Shown piece after piece: positions 34,887 through 48,200 of a stretch of 64,000 bases of DNA. Source of the DNA: Spirochaetia bacterium. GTDB lineage: Bacteria; Spirochaetota; Spirochaetia; DSM-16054; Sediminispirochaetaceae. The stretch spans positions 416,001 to 480,000 of the forward strand of contig JAXHMY010000002.1 of the NCBI GenBank assembly GCA_034520965.1, read 5' to 3'. How positions within the stretch are numbered: the stretch's first letter is position 1; every line of letters begins with the position of its first letter. The notes beneath the pieces are model-generated. The model saw nothing but the letters and a program-made list of their open reading frames with translations. It was not told the origin of the DNA and did not search any database. A program made the translations under genes and the position numbers.

Positions 34887-35465
34887 ATGAAGCGTTCAAT
34901 TATTTTAACAGTTTTGATGGTGAGTTTGGCAGCAGCCGCTATGCCGCTGATGGCCGAAGGTATGCAGGAACAGGCCGAACCGGTACAACCCGGTACTCGA
35001 CCCTACGGATGGTCCAACAACCCCGAGGCACAGTCGCAACAGGTGGAACAACTGGAGGTCAGCGGTACAGTTGAGTTTACCGCCGGACATACCCGCCTGC
35101 ACAGCAGCGACGGCGAAGTATACGAGCTGATGTATCCGATGTTCCTGGCCGAAGATCTGCAGGTCGAAAACGGCCAGACCATCAGCGTCGAAGGATTCCT
35201 TATTCCCGGCACCCGCTGGAGCAGCGATGAGGATGAGCAGTACCTGCGGCTTGAGAAAGTAACGGTAGATGGCCGGGAGTACGAGCTTGGTACCGGAGGC
35301 TATGCATGGAACCGGGGGAACCACGGCCCGGGTATGATGGGCGGCTCTGCGTACGGCAGAGGTCCCGGTATGATGGGCGGAGGTCGAGCACCTCGAGGCA
35401 GTTACGGAGGCGGCTACCAACAGCCGGGCGGACAGCCCGGCTACGGCTGGAAGCGCAGCAACTAA
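34887..35465 (+). CDS. Exported protein with Gly/Met-rich tail
   Basis: AGGAGG RBS, signal peptide, GPGMMGG twice; terminator at 35499-35532. Confidence 0.75.
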   Translation: MKRSIILTVLMVSLAAAAMPLMAEGMQEQAEPVQPGTRPYGWSNNPEAQSQQVEQLEVSGTVEFTAGHTRLHSSDGEVYELMYPMFLAEDLQVENGQTISVEGFLIPGTRWSSDEDEQYLRLEKVTVDGREYELGTGGYAWNRGNHGPGMMGGSAYGRGPGMMGGGRAPRGSYGGGYQQPGGQPGYGWKRSN

Positions 35466-35530
35466 CACTCCTCTTTGCGTATATCGCGTATATCTCTTGG
35501 GAGCCTTCAAGTTGGAGGCTCCCTTTTTTT

Positions 35531-36578
35531 TTAGATGTCGACCCGGCCGCTCTCCTTAAAGCGCCGCATGATCTGCAGCGACTGGTCGGCATAGCGCCGG
35601 GCACCCTGCGGGTCGCTGCGCCGGCGGCTCACCGAAATCACGATGTACTTCTGATGCTCGTACAGCAGATAAAACAGCCGGCGAACCTCAGCGGACCGAT
35701 CCCGCCGGAAATCCGGCTGCCCGTAACCGCGCCAAAACTCCTCGCGGGTCATGCCGCAGTAATCGGCAATTGCCAGATCCACTCTGTGTCGCCCCAGCAG
35801 GCCCGGTCGAAATCCAACAGCGCGGTAAGCTCGCCGTCGGCGGTGGTCAGGATATTTTCGACCCACAGGTCGCCGTGACGCAGCTGTGAAACCCCGGCAT
35901 GTTCAAACACCGGGGCGTGCGAGTGCAGCAGCGACAGGGCCCAGTCGGCGGTTTTTTGGTCGTAGAGTCCCGTTGCTACAATACCGTCGAGGAGGCGCCG
36001 GTACATCTCGAAAAAGGCCGACTGCCAGTCCGGCTGCGGCGGCATGCAGTTATGGGCTCCCACATAGCCGAATCGGTTCTGCGGCTCCCGCAGCCGGTGC
36101 AGCTGGGCCCATCCCGCCCAGCTCTTCCATCGCCCGGGCAAAAGCCTGCGGGCCTGATCCTGGTCAGCGGCCGGCCGGGCATCAGCTCCATCACCAGAAA
36201 ATCGCGGTCTATTTTACGGCGGGAAAATCGTGGGCCAGAATTCCTGGGCACCGGAACATCGGTTTCTTCCAGCACCCGGCGGTGGATCTCCGGCTCCTGC
36301 CGCATCATCCGGTACTCGTAAAACAGCTGCAGCAGCGAATCCGGCGGGGCTATCCGCAGAACAAAGCTGCCGGTGTTGCTGCCGCGGTTATCGTTGCGGG
36401 TGGTGCGACTGTCGGTCGGGCCGGCCGCCGGTGCAGAGCCCTGCGCCGGTGCGGAAGCCCCCGGGGCTTCGATACGAAAACTGTCGGAAAAACGTCCATA
36501 ACCCATGGGCGTGACGCTGCGGGGTTCGACTTCCATGGCGTGGGTAAATAGTTCGGCGGCGGTGTGTTCATCCATCAT
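35531..36578 (-). CDS. Aminoglycoside-phosphotransferase-like kinase (frameshifted)
   Basis: VLRIAP, VP.P, HGDLW..NIL, LLDFD. Confidence 0.85.
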
Positions 36579-36784
36579 CCTAATAGTACCACATCCGGGC
36601 GGAAAGGCTCAAATCCCCTGCAGAGATCCACAATATGAGTTATATCGGTACAACGCTGCTCGATATTCGCCCAGATATACTTCAGCTGCGGCATTAGCCC
36701 CAAACTCAAGCTAAACCCGCTGTACGGACACCAGTCAAATTCTTTCGTTCTGCGCTTCTTCTACTACCACCTTGTAGATGATTA

Positions 36785-38298
36785 TTACTGTAAATCCTCC
36801 GCCCTTTGCAGATATTCCTCTGCCAGTTCATCCCTGCCCTGATCTCGGGCGGCCCCAGCAGCAGCCTGCAGCAACTGCGGATTATAGCGGTCCCTGAGGA
36901 GCCTGTGTTCCAGCAGGTCAAGATACTCATTCTTATTATTTTTCATTTCATACAGCTGTTCTAAATACTTGTATACCTCCGGATCCTCCGGTGCAAGGTC
37001 GAGGGCCCTCCGAAGGGAAAGAAGGGCCCGGTCAAAGCGCTGCAGGGCCATGTAAGATCTGCCGATGCCCAGATGAGCATCTGAGTTAAAGGGAAATTTT
37101 TGTGCCAGGTCCTGCCACTCTTTTAAAGCTGCATCTATTAAGTCTGTTCCGAAGTAATATTCAGCAAGGTGCGAACAAATTTCTACCGAAATTCGGGTAC
37201 CACCGGCTTAACTGCTCAAGATCATGCTGCAGTTCATCATCATTATCATACAACTCAGGTAAAAGGTCCAAGGAATCTTTTATTATTTGTCGCGGTTTTT
37301 CGGCACTCCGGGACAACTCGCGCAGCCGCTCTATACGCTCGGCCTCTTCCTCTGCACTCCGCTGCTCACCGGAAACCTCCGGAGAGAGGGGGCCTTCACT
37401 CCCGGTAGAACTCTTCTGAGACTGCAGTTGCCCGGCAGCTTCCATTTGGTAATGACTGTATAAATGCACCGCCTTCCCGATAGCCTCCCGTAAAAGGGAG
37501 CGAGCCCTCTCTTTTTCTCCCTGCCGAGAAGCTTTTTTTCCAAGAAGAAAAAAGGCCATGGGGTATTGAGTGTCAAGTTCGACCGCCCTCTGCAGATAAG
37601 GAAGGGCTTTGCTTCTTCATCCTGTTCCCAGAGCAATACTCCCAAACCTGCATAGGTATCGGGGTAGTTGGGATACAGGTCGATAAACCGCTGGTACACC
37701 TCTTTCAGTCTACGCATATCGGGGGTTTGCTTTAGGGCCGCTATTCGGGCAACCAGTTACCTCACGATTACCGGGCTGAATACTGTCGGCACGGCCAAGG
37801 AAATCTGCCGCTTTCGCGTACTCATGTGCCCTTAGATGCTGCAGAGCTTGAGCATACACCGCATGGACCATTCCGGATTGAGGAGCGGACTGACGGGGGT
37901 AAAGATCCCGTGCCCGCTGAAACACTTTCTCGGCTGAAGTATACTCTTCTTTGATCATCAACAGGTTACCCTTCGCGATAAGCAAAAGATACCCTCCGGA
38001 TCGAGCCGTTCAGAAATAGCAAGCGCCCCTTCTGCAGCAGAGATATTCTCCATCTGCAGATAACACAGAGCCAAAAACGAGAGCCCCGCGGGGGTTATGT
38101 GCCCTGAATCCCGTCTCTCCTCAAGCATCTTGGCGGCACGGGAATACTCACCCCCTGATAATACTGTTCTATTTGCTCAAGTTCCGTCGGCCCGGCATGT
38201 TGGGACCACACATGTTGGGGAAAAGCGCATATCAGAATAACCAGCACACTTCCGATCAATAGAAACAGAGAGCTTGATTTAGAACCCGGATATGTCAA
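36785..38298 (-). CDS. Exported TPR protein (frameshifted)
   Basis: Signal-like start; several TPR-bearing ORF pieces in line. Confidence 0.7.
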
Positions 38299-40214
38299 AA
38301 CTCATAATGAAGAAGAGGCAGAGAAGATGAAGGGTGTTTCCGTAGGTAATCGACTCAGCATACCGATAGCTCAATTTAGAAATAAGGTCCAGCCTCTCCA
38401 GCATAGGTATCTCTAAGCTGCATCAACTTGATGCTGTACCCCTGAAGCCGTGGCCCACTAAATAATCCGTCTTCAGCATAAACGGCAAAGGAGTGCCTAA
38501 CAGAGGAAAAACCGGTGCGATGAAGAAACGCAAAACCTTCTTTTGCAGCGTCCTTATAAAAATCCACCCATTCCAGAAATAAAATTGTACTGCATCCGCA
38601 TCTGGCGGGAAAAAGGCAGCGCCACCGTAGCTGTTGTCTTTGAAATCTTATCTTTTCCTTTTGAAGTCCCCTCGGAGGTATCCTCTGAGATATCCTGCAG
38701 CTCAAAGGCTTCATTTACGAGACTTGGCTGCACATTTTTTATAATAGGCCGTAGTTTAACGCCCCGGAGGCAGCATAAGTTTTTTTAGTTGCTTCTTCCT
38801 TTTCGTAATACACATAACTGCCTGCAAGATTGTAGGAAAACTCCTCTACCGGGGTATGAACAAAGCTGCTATTTCCTCTATGTTCCCAGATTTGTCCTTC
38901 GGACTTTTTATGGTAACCCTTATAACCAGCGCTCAAGCTGCCTGTATCAAAGGGAACAACACCTACTTCGGTTCCCCACTTCTCTTTTTCCACTGTTCCA
39001 CTGCTTTCCGATTCGTTCAATAAATACTGACCATACAGGGAAGCTTCCCTAACAGGCCTTCCTTCCCGCCGCAATGCAGTACCTGCTGAAAGGTCATGCC
39101 CCAGTTCCCCTTCGAGTTTTCGGGAAATTTCATATCCCAGGGTCGAAGTGAGGGTATCCGGATAAATTAGAGAAGCGGAGGATATTCCCTTCCACACGGA
39201 GGTATGTGAAAGAGAGTTGTCACTGAAATCCGGGGCACTTCGCCAGGCATCCTTCCGCGCGGCCTTAATTTGCACCTCAAATTCTTCTTCCTTCGAAAAG
39301 AGAAGGCCTACATCATTCTCTACAGACCTTTCTTCACTACGATTCTCGGTAAGCTCATACTCTGTAAAGAGAAACGCCGGAGAAGAACTTCCGATTACCG
39401 AAATGACCCCGCTTATCGGTACATTCACTCCAAATGTCCCGTTATAACCGTGGCTCGTAATCTCATCCGCAAGGTTCTTTTTAATACTCGCGGCACCGTT
39501 AAAATCTAAACTGCCCTCTCCAATGTACATGGTTGAGGCCATTTTAATAAGGTGGCTCTCTTTCTTTACCGGCCCGGAATCAGTGGCAGGCTCAGTGACA
39601 GTCTCAGCTTCAGTCTCCTCGGCGGAGGGATCCTCCTCATCTTCTTTAGTTCTTTATCCGACTGCCGCCAGGTCGATTTGTAGTCCAGGGACATGGGTAT
39701 CCGACTCTGTTCAGGGGTACTGAAATGGAAACCGACTGTACCGGTAGTGTTGAAAGTAGTTCCCTCTGCGGTTAAAAGTTCCTTTTCCTTATACCCCCTG
39801 ACAGTCGCATGTTCAGCTTGGGTGTGGCAAAAAGCAGATTCCCATTGTAATTTTGGTCGAATCGGTCGATTGAATCTTCGCGAAAGGCCTTAGCGGAGGC
39901 TTCAAATATACCGGCCTGTCCAACATAGCTGCTAAACTTCATCTGAGAATCGCTTGTCCAGTTTTCTATTGATACGGAGTCGGTATCTCCCCCTCCATAC
40001 CCTCCAAAGATAACACGGCCGCTCAATTCGGGACTAATGTCCCGGCAACCTTTTGGACGGCTTTTTCAGGTAAAACCTTTGCAGAATCCTTCCATTCGGC
40101 TTCAGCCTTGTGCTCTCCACTTTCCGGAAGGCTACGCACAATAGTTACTTCAGCAGTCAGGGCGATGACAAGTAAGCCCATAAAAAGGGCGGCAGAAACC
40201 AGGTAAAGCTTCAT
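38295..40214 (-). CDS. Probable outer-membrane beta-barrel protein (frameshifted)
   Basis: Signal peptide, alternating beta-strand patterns (LSAGY, FSYNLAGSY), apparent C-terminal ...YEF-stop. Confidence 0.5.
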
Positions 40215-42227
40215 TCTGTTTCCCCCTCAGGCTGATAACGCAGACGGGCAGGGTCGCCTTCATTTCCCGATGTATCTACAGCGGAAATTTCATACACCGC
40301 CCCGTCAATAACAGCTTTATCTACAAATTGCCTCTGAGAACTAATTCCTCGGTAAGAAGTTTCTGTTTTGCCTTTGGGTAGGGGGCGCGATACACCCGGT
40401 AGCCCGCCAGGTCGGTATCCTCGGGGGCCTCCCATCGAATAAGGAGTGTTTTGCCCTGGCGCCGGAATTGAAGGGATGCGGGAGGTGCCGGGGCGGTGAT
40501 ATCAACCGGTACTATGCGTTTTTTTGGGAGGCTTCGCCGGCATTTTTTGAGGTATCCACCTCCACTATGGAGTACTCGGTTGGGGACCCCCCGCTCAACA
40601 TCTTCATCAAGATATCTGTACTTCCGCATCCAACTCGGCAATAATCTGTGGTCCTTTTCCCGGTCCCGCAGTCTAGGGTTGTCTGGATATTGAGGTCCTC
40701 TGAAAGGGTGGGCTGCCACCTCAACCGGACCCCTCCTTCCCGCGTGGGCCCGACGGAAAAAGAGAATACCCTGCCCGGCGGTTCCAGATCGGGAATAGTA
40801 ATTTCGATCGCCTCCCGCGGACTTTCATTACCCGATGTATCCACCGCCGCCACTTCATAAGTATACACCGCCCCCGAATTGAGTCCCTTTTCGCGAAATC
40901 CCTGGTCACGGTACTCGGGTCTTTTATCCGGCTTATCCGGCCCTATCGGCTTTGGAGTGAGGCGAAAAAGCCCTCCCCGGATTTTTGGCGATACACTACA
41001 TATCCGGCCAGATCGTTCTCCTGCGAGGGGACCATTTAAGTTCCACCGTACGCGAGGGAGCATCCACCTGCCACTCCAGGCCGGCTATCCCGGCGGGCGG
41101 CTCAGTATCTATCGGGATGATAGTTGAGGCTCCGCAGCGGGGGCTCTCGTTCCCGCCTCGTCAACTGCGGAGACGGAATAAAACCACGCCGTGCCGCGCT
41201 GCATTTCAGAATCCAGATATTGGAGATTACCTCGAGGGTATCGGCCTTTGATTCAACTGTGTGTAGTCGCCCCCTACTTCATCACTTCTGTACACATTAT
41301 AATGGGACACATCCCCGTCGGGTGAGATGTTCCAAAGCAGCACTACTCCCCCATCCTGATCAAGGGTTTTAAGCCCCATTGGTACCAGGGGCGCCCGGGT
41401 GTCTTTAAGGGTGACCGGGTCGGCGTACACCGGCTCGCTTACCCTTCCCGCCAAATCCACCGCCTGCACGCCGTACACATACTCAAGGCTCGTTTCTACT
41501 TCGTTATCTATATAGCTGAAATACCCCTCTATTCGCAGTACCGGGGCCCTGTTTATTCGCTGCGGCCTTTCTCCGGGCTGTGAACGGGTAGACATGAAAC
41601 CCTACCGTGAGGTCCGAGGAGCGCCCTCGATACTTTTTGTACTCCCATTTAATTTCACATCTCCCCTCCTCCGCTGCGGCAACAACTTTATTAGGGGGAG
41701 GGACATCCGCACCGGAACGCACCGTTCGACATCCCGCGTGATTGTATCCAGTTCATTTTCCTGCCGATCGATAAAAACAATTCTATAGCTGTATTTGCTT
41801 CCCTCTGTAACACTGCGGTCAATCAGGGTCCTGCCAAGGCCATTCTCAACCCCGGACTTATCAGGGAGAGGGCCTGGGCCATCTCTCTGTTTACCCTTAT
41901 CTTACGCCATACCAGCAGGATCGCTGGTTCCAATTACCGGCAATCCAATCGGCATCGCTTCCCATCAATTCATATGCGATGTGAGGGTCCTGTACCGGTA
42001 CCACCGGTGCAACAGTGAGGGGAGGAACCCCTCGTACCTCCGGCCCCTTCCGGTAAGGCTTAAAACCATAGCTGCCCTCGGGGACCTGTTCGAGAATAAT
42101 CTGTACTTGCTCCTCATCAGGGACCAAATGAAAGGCCGGGGTCGTGCTGTGCCGAGACTGAGACGGGGACCACACACAATAAAAACCAAAACAGCGATAT
42201 TCGCAGGAGACAATGGTGGTTTTTCAA
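40211..42227 (-). CDS. Fibronectin type III repeat protein (frameshifted)
   Basis: Signal peptide; repeated YNVYR/YRVYR and Y.V.AVD.SGN.S motifs. Confidence 0.8.
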
Positions 42228-42290
42228 GGCGCCTCCCCCAAGGTTTCGCCGCTCCCCAAGGTTTGCCGCGTCTGGCTACAAGCCCATTAT

Positions 42291-45200
42291 CTACCCTGCC
42301 TGGTCTGAGGCTCGGGCACCTGCCAAATACCGACGGGGGCGCTTAGCCCTGCCCCGTTCGTTACCTCGAAGCGGATCAGAAGGAGGAAATACTCCGGATC
42401 CGCCGCCCCCTGTGTCTGCTGTCTGTCCAGCCGGGAATAGGGTCATTACCAGGGTCCGGCTGCAACTCCTGGGGTGAAGCCCTGGGAGGGAGGGTAGTTT
42501 CCACGCACCGCCGTCTACTACCTGGGCAGGAGCCATAGCCAGTCCGCCACCCACGGTAGAGGTATACCGATATGCAACAATACCTGATTCCGGGTCTTCC
42601 GCTTTAATGCGCAGGGACACACGTCCCCTAGTTTCATCAATAGATACAAGCTGTAACTTTTTATTTATCGGAGGGGAAGTATCTGTTGTCAGCGGGCCGC
42701 TTGCCAGGCGGGAGTCTGCATCCCCGTGCCGTTCACAGCTCTTACCCGGAGATGGTCGGACTCTCCCTCTTCAAGCCCGAGGTCGTTGAACTCAACAAGA
42801 TAATCAGATTCGAGGCGGCCCTTTTCCATTACACGCTCTTCCAGCACATCTCGGCCTGATTTGCCCGCCGGAGCAAGGACTCCCGCGGGGCTATCCGGTG
42901 TGGTATTGCCCGGGGAGCTGCCTTTTGCTCCTACAAGGTACGCAGACTCTTTAAGGGTAACATTTTTCCACCACATGGTATCGGCGCTCTCCGGGCTGGT
43001 GCCGATAGCGTATTGATATGCTACCATCCCCGACTCTTCGTCATGGGATCTGCTCCAGCCGAGGGTGACGGAATCCGGGTTGGATGCGAATAGCGCTCAG
43101 GCTGGATGCTTACTTCGAAGACCTTCCGGCGGGGATGAATCGCTAAAACTGACGGTGGCGGATGCAACTGCCTCGGAGGCGTTGTATGCACGGTTTGTGC
43201 CCCTTACGGTAAGGTAGACCTCCTGCCCCTCCTGCACAGGCAGCTGAACAATTTTAAGAGAGCGGGTGCCTGCTTGGCTGCCGGCTCCCCCTTCATCGCC
43301 GATGTCCGTCCACTCCCAGAGATCAGACTCTCCGCCGCTTGTTCCGAGGGCAAAAGAAGTAACTGCTATACCCGACTCTGGATCTTCGGGGGAAGTAAAG
43401 GAAAAATGAAAAGAGTTGGGGTGTGCATCAATGCTTTGCTGCTCAAAGCTTTCAATTTCCGCCTTTTCGGGAGCAGTGGTATCTATCATTATAGGCCCGG
43501 AGGAGCCGATCTTCTGCAAGCCTACACCATTGGTCGCCCGTACCATTACCACATACCGCTCTCCGTGCTGCAGTTCGAGACCCCGTATGTTCTCCATTAT
43601 CTGTCAAGAAACGCCCGGCATATATTCCAATCACCGCTTGAAACCTGAGGCTGTAAGGCTCCTGCAACCTCGGTAGAAAGGCCCCCCGTTTCTACCTGCT
43701 TACGCGGCCCGGCGTTTCCACCCGGAAATCGACACTGGAGGAAGACGGTGAGGAAGTACTGTCAGCGCCGGATTCGCTATCCTGATATGGAACTACCGCA
43801 TACTCGTAGCGCTGAATGCCGGAGTCCATGTCGGAAGAGGACCATTGGGCATACAGGCTGGAACTGCGGCTGGAGAATTCTCCCTCCGTAGTAACGATCG
43901 GCCTGGCCGGCGGGTTGCGTCGCTGGCATCGATGGAGCTTTGATAAGGACCTGTGTCGGCGGCGGGATCGAAGTAATCGAGGCTAAACCGGCCCGGCATC
44001 GCGAGTATACTTGTCCCTCCTGCACCCCCTCGCGCGAATTGACGGCGGGCATCCACTCCCGGTTCGAATGTGCTTGATAAGAGAGGTGTCCCTAAACTCC
44101 TCGGCATCTCCGATTGATAGCCATGGAATAAACATCTGAACAGAAATCGGCTGAAGAATCAGCCCTCCTCCAAAGAGGTTTCCAAACAGACCTCCCCCTG
44201 AATCAACTTCTTCGGAATCATCCCCGACCTCGCTTAGCTTCTTTTCAGTTGCTTTCGACATCCCGGGCTGGAATTAGAAAATTGCTCTGCGGGGTTGATA
44301 CCCGAAGACTCGGTGTCTTCTTGAGGTCTGTTCCTCCGCTGCTTGTATCCGCCAGCTGTATTCCACCACGCCGACAGGATGGCGGCCCTCAGAACTCGGC
44401 GGTTAGGGCTGCGCTGTGCTTGATCATCACTTGTTATATCCCCCTGGTAGTTTTGGAATTGCGGTTCTCACCGGTCTACGGGAGGATCTCCTCCTGTTTT
44501 AGTTCAAAGTAACTCTGCACCGGCACCCACTTCTTCCTCACCGCGCCTTTTCAGAGGAGAATGCAGTCTCGGCCTGCTGCACTCTCTGCGAGCTTGTCTG
44601 CCGGGGAGTAAATATGGACTGTGCCCCGCCGGTACTTTCACCGCCGGAACTTCCTCCGCCGCCGAAAAAGCCCGCCCCCGCTGGAACCGGCCGATTCTCC
44701 GAAAAAGCCTATTTGGCTGTTCGAAAGGATACTTGAATCACTATTTGTGCTTACCGTACTGTCCCTATACACCGCCTGGCGTGCTTGTAGTCTGAGCGGC
44801 CTGGGGAGTGCGGAAATTGCAACACCCAGCTCTGCGGCGGCACCGAAGCCGGCGGCGTTTCCGTTGTCGAAGACCGGAATTTCTCCATTCCCATACCGTG
44901 AAAGCTGAGTCGTATATTCTCATGGAGCAGGGCGTGCCAGGGAGTCCGCTTTACGTTCGTACAGCTGTTCAATGGCAGCACACTCACCTCCGCCCAGGTG
45001 CTCCGAAAGGAATCCAGAGACTTGAGCCGAAGGTCTCGGAAAGGAGGTCCAAGCGCTCCTGCGCCGCGTTTTCCAGCGCCGAAAAACCGAAGGTCGGAAT
45101 ATCCACCCAGATATTCTTCCCGCGCAACACAAACACCTGAGCATCAGTTAAATCTTCCGAGGGCTCTTCGGGATCTCCTCGCCGCAGGAGGACACCAGCG

Positions 45201-48200
45201 CGTCGGTCAGGTTCTGCCGCTGACTTGTCCATTCGCTTAAACTGGAAGAATGCGTCCGGCACAATTCCTGCTGATTGAGGTTTTGAATTTCCTGGAGGCT
45301 GGTGGTGGAATTGATGGCGAGGAGGCTCTCTTCGGCATACTCCTTCTGTTCAATTTGCTGATCGATGTACTCCGACATATATTCGTGCACCCGCCGGTAC
45401 TGCCGGTTTGTTCTTTTCCATACTTAAATCGCTAAAATTATACTGGTCATTAAAGAGAATACGGTCTATGCTGCGCAGCTTCGCATCCAATTTCCCCGCC
45501 TGGGTAATCAAGGCCTCCTGATATTCGGCAAAACTGTCGCAATTGCCAGTAAGTTTTGTGCCTGCTGCTCCGCCTTTGAAGTATCCGAATTGAAGCCGAT
45601 CGTGACCTCTTTACTCTCATCCCCAATCTGAACATTCTCGGTGTTGTAGCCGTTGAAGGGTGAACCAGTGGTACCAGCTCCTGCACTGTGGGCAGGTCCT
45701 CTAACAACAGCTCCTCATCATTACCGAAGTTCTCCGCGACTTGGGTCTGCAGCGTCTCGATCTCCTGCAGTTTATCTGCAATCGCTACTCTTCTGGTCTT
45801 CCAGCTCCGACCTCTGCTGGGCCAGTCGCACAGCTGCTGCTCCGGCCCGAACAGCCTGGAACGGATAATCGTCATTTGCTGGGGTAGTCCCCCCCGGCCA
45901 GTTGTCCCGCTCTGAGCTGTCCTGAAAGGCCTCCTCCCAGATCGAATAGAGATTGCTTGCCCGGACTCTACCAGGGACAAGTCCCGCAGCCTCCATCTGT
46001 TCCGGCGATCATTCAATCAACTTAAGTTGGGCGTCCTCCATGTCCGCCAGACAACTTCGTCTCCTTGCCGATTCCATCTGGTGGGCCATACTGCGCGCCT
46101 CTCTTCGATCATATCGTGGTAGGAGCCGTTAGTGCCCGATGCGCCGTCCAATCCGCTCATGCCGGCGGACACCCACCATACTGCCGCTCCACAAGGTAAC
46201 ACCGCGCACCTTTCAGTCTTGCCGCCCGAACCAACCGCGTAGATGTTAAGGTCGGGGCTGGAAGAATCAGGGCCCCCTCAAGAGCTCGCCCTCTTCCTGA
46301 AGCAAGTTTCATAATCTCGCCCTTCGCCTTTACCGCCGCATACACACCAAAGTTGGACATTGCATCGGGGTCGCTCCAGTACCAGAACAATCCCTCGTAG
46401 GTAACCGACCCGCTTACTACCTTCCAATCAACCCCCTGACTTACTGTGACATTGACCATTAAACCGGGAGGTCCGATAAACAGTTCCCCCGTTGATATTT
46501 CACCGGAATCCTTATCGTACATATACAGGTTATAGTCGCCGTTTACTCCCCATGTCTCTTTTCATACACATAGAAATCCCAGGTTTCCCTCACCCTTTAA
46601 AGCCGAGAAGTAAGGCTGCGTTCAAACTCTATATTACCCTCCGCATATGCGGGGCTCGATCCCACTGCGAGATGACCCGGTACCCTCCACCGTATCGGCC
46701 GCGTAGGAGGCCTCCATATCAATATTCAAGTACTCGGCAGTCAGGGTGAGCGTCAGCCCTGCCGCTACAACAGCTCTTTCTGGCCTACATGAAAGTCACC
46801 AAGCAGCATCATCGCAAAGGCCCCCGGGTTGTCCTCTCCATTCGGCTTTTTATCGGTCCGTTCCCCCTTTAATTCGGGGCGCTTGAAACCGGCGATATGC
46901 CGTACTAAATCGATGTCCTCCTGCACGGGATTCCACAAAAAAGCCGCCTCCGATACCGTTTCAAAGACCCCGGGGCGGCCTGCAGATTCAAACCGGCAGC
47001 GGCCACAAACACGCCCATGGTTAAAGGCATTATCCTGCTTTCCAAACTTGCCCACAGCATCAGCTTCGATTGAATCTCCGGGCAGCTTCATGCTGCCGGC
47101 CAGCCGTAAGCAGTTGGGCACTGTACTCTACATCCGCTTTTATTTCCAAGCCGGAGGTCTCCAGGGTTGCCTGGCGCAGCACAAAGCTGCGGCCCCCGCA
47201 TCCAACGGGACTCGTAAAAGGTGAATTCCTCGAAGCCCCCGCTCAGGGTAGGATTATCCGAATCGCCAACCCCTACAGTCGCCCCTTCCCACCCGCACGT
47301 AACTATTCCTCACCTCTTCTATCTGCTTCTCACCCTTCTGAGGAGACTGGTTTGTGCCTTCCCCAGATAGTCTCGTTACTGGCAAAACTTATAGATGTGC
47401 GGGAGGTAGACCAGTCTATTTCGGATACCGCCACCTTCATTGAATCTACTACTTCAAACTCTCCACCGGTAATGGCATCGGACAAATTGGAGATAGTCCC
47501 GTCGATGGACAAGACCAAATTTTCAAAGCTTACACCGCCGCTGACGCCGCTCATCCCCATTACCACGGAACCTGTAATTCCTATTCCGATTCAGAGGCTG
47601 CGGTTTGAATTGCGATAGAATCCATCGCCAAATTGAGTCCGGGCAGGGTCAACTGCTTGTTCTGCAGCACCTGGGCGTTGGCTCGGCGGGTGCCAGTCAA
47701 ACTCGCCCTCCATATTGAGGCGCACGCCCCCCTCAAAATCTTTGTTTGCGTTCAGCTCCCCGAAGGTCACCCGCTTTTCGTCATCCTCCGGATCGGAGCC
47801 CCCCTCGCCCTGTAAATCGAAATAAAAATCCGTCCCCACCCGAACTTCACTGAAATCTTTGTTAAAGACCCCGTCTTCGTACTCAAACACAAAGGACAGG
47901 TAAGTAATATCAACCGTACCGATGCCTACGTCCCACTCGGAATCGTCATCGTCGCCGCCGAGTTTGTGTCCCCTTGTTGTCCTTTTTCAGTTCTTTTATC
48001 GGTGTAAGTTCGCCGGAGGCGTTTCCGTCCTTGTGGGAGGGGTATTTTTGAATTCCGTATTGTTCATTCCATCAAGGGGTTCCGGGAAGCCTTTTTGGCT
48101 TTCCGGTGATTTTCAGCTTCCAGCTGCTTTCGCTGTTTTGAAGCTCAATCTTATTAAACTTCGAGTTTATCAGGAATAGCTTCGAAACTTTTCGGTGAAG

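Noticed and set aside
36600..36780. IS91-like transposase remnant (W.PYSGFS on the minus strand)
   Set aside because: Match too short; no termini or other motifs
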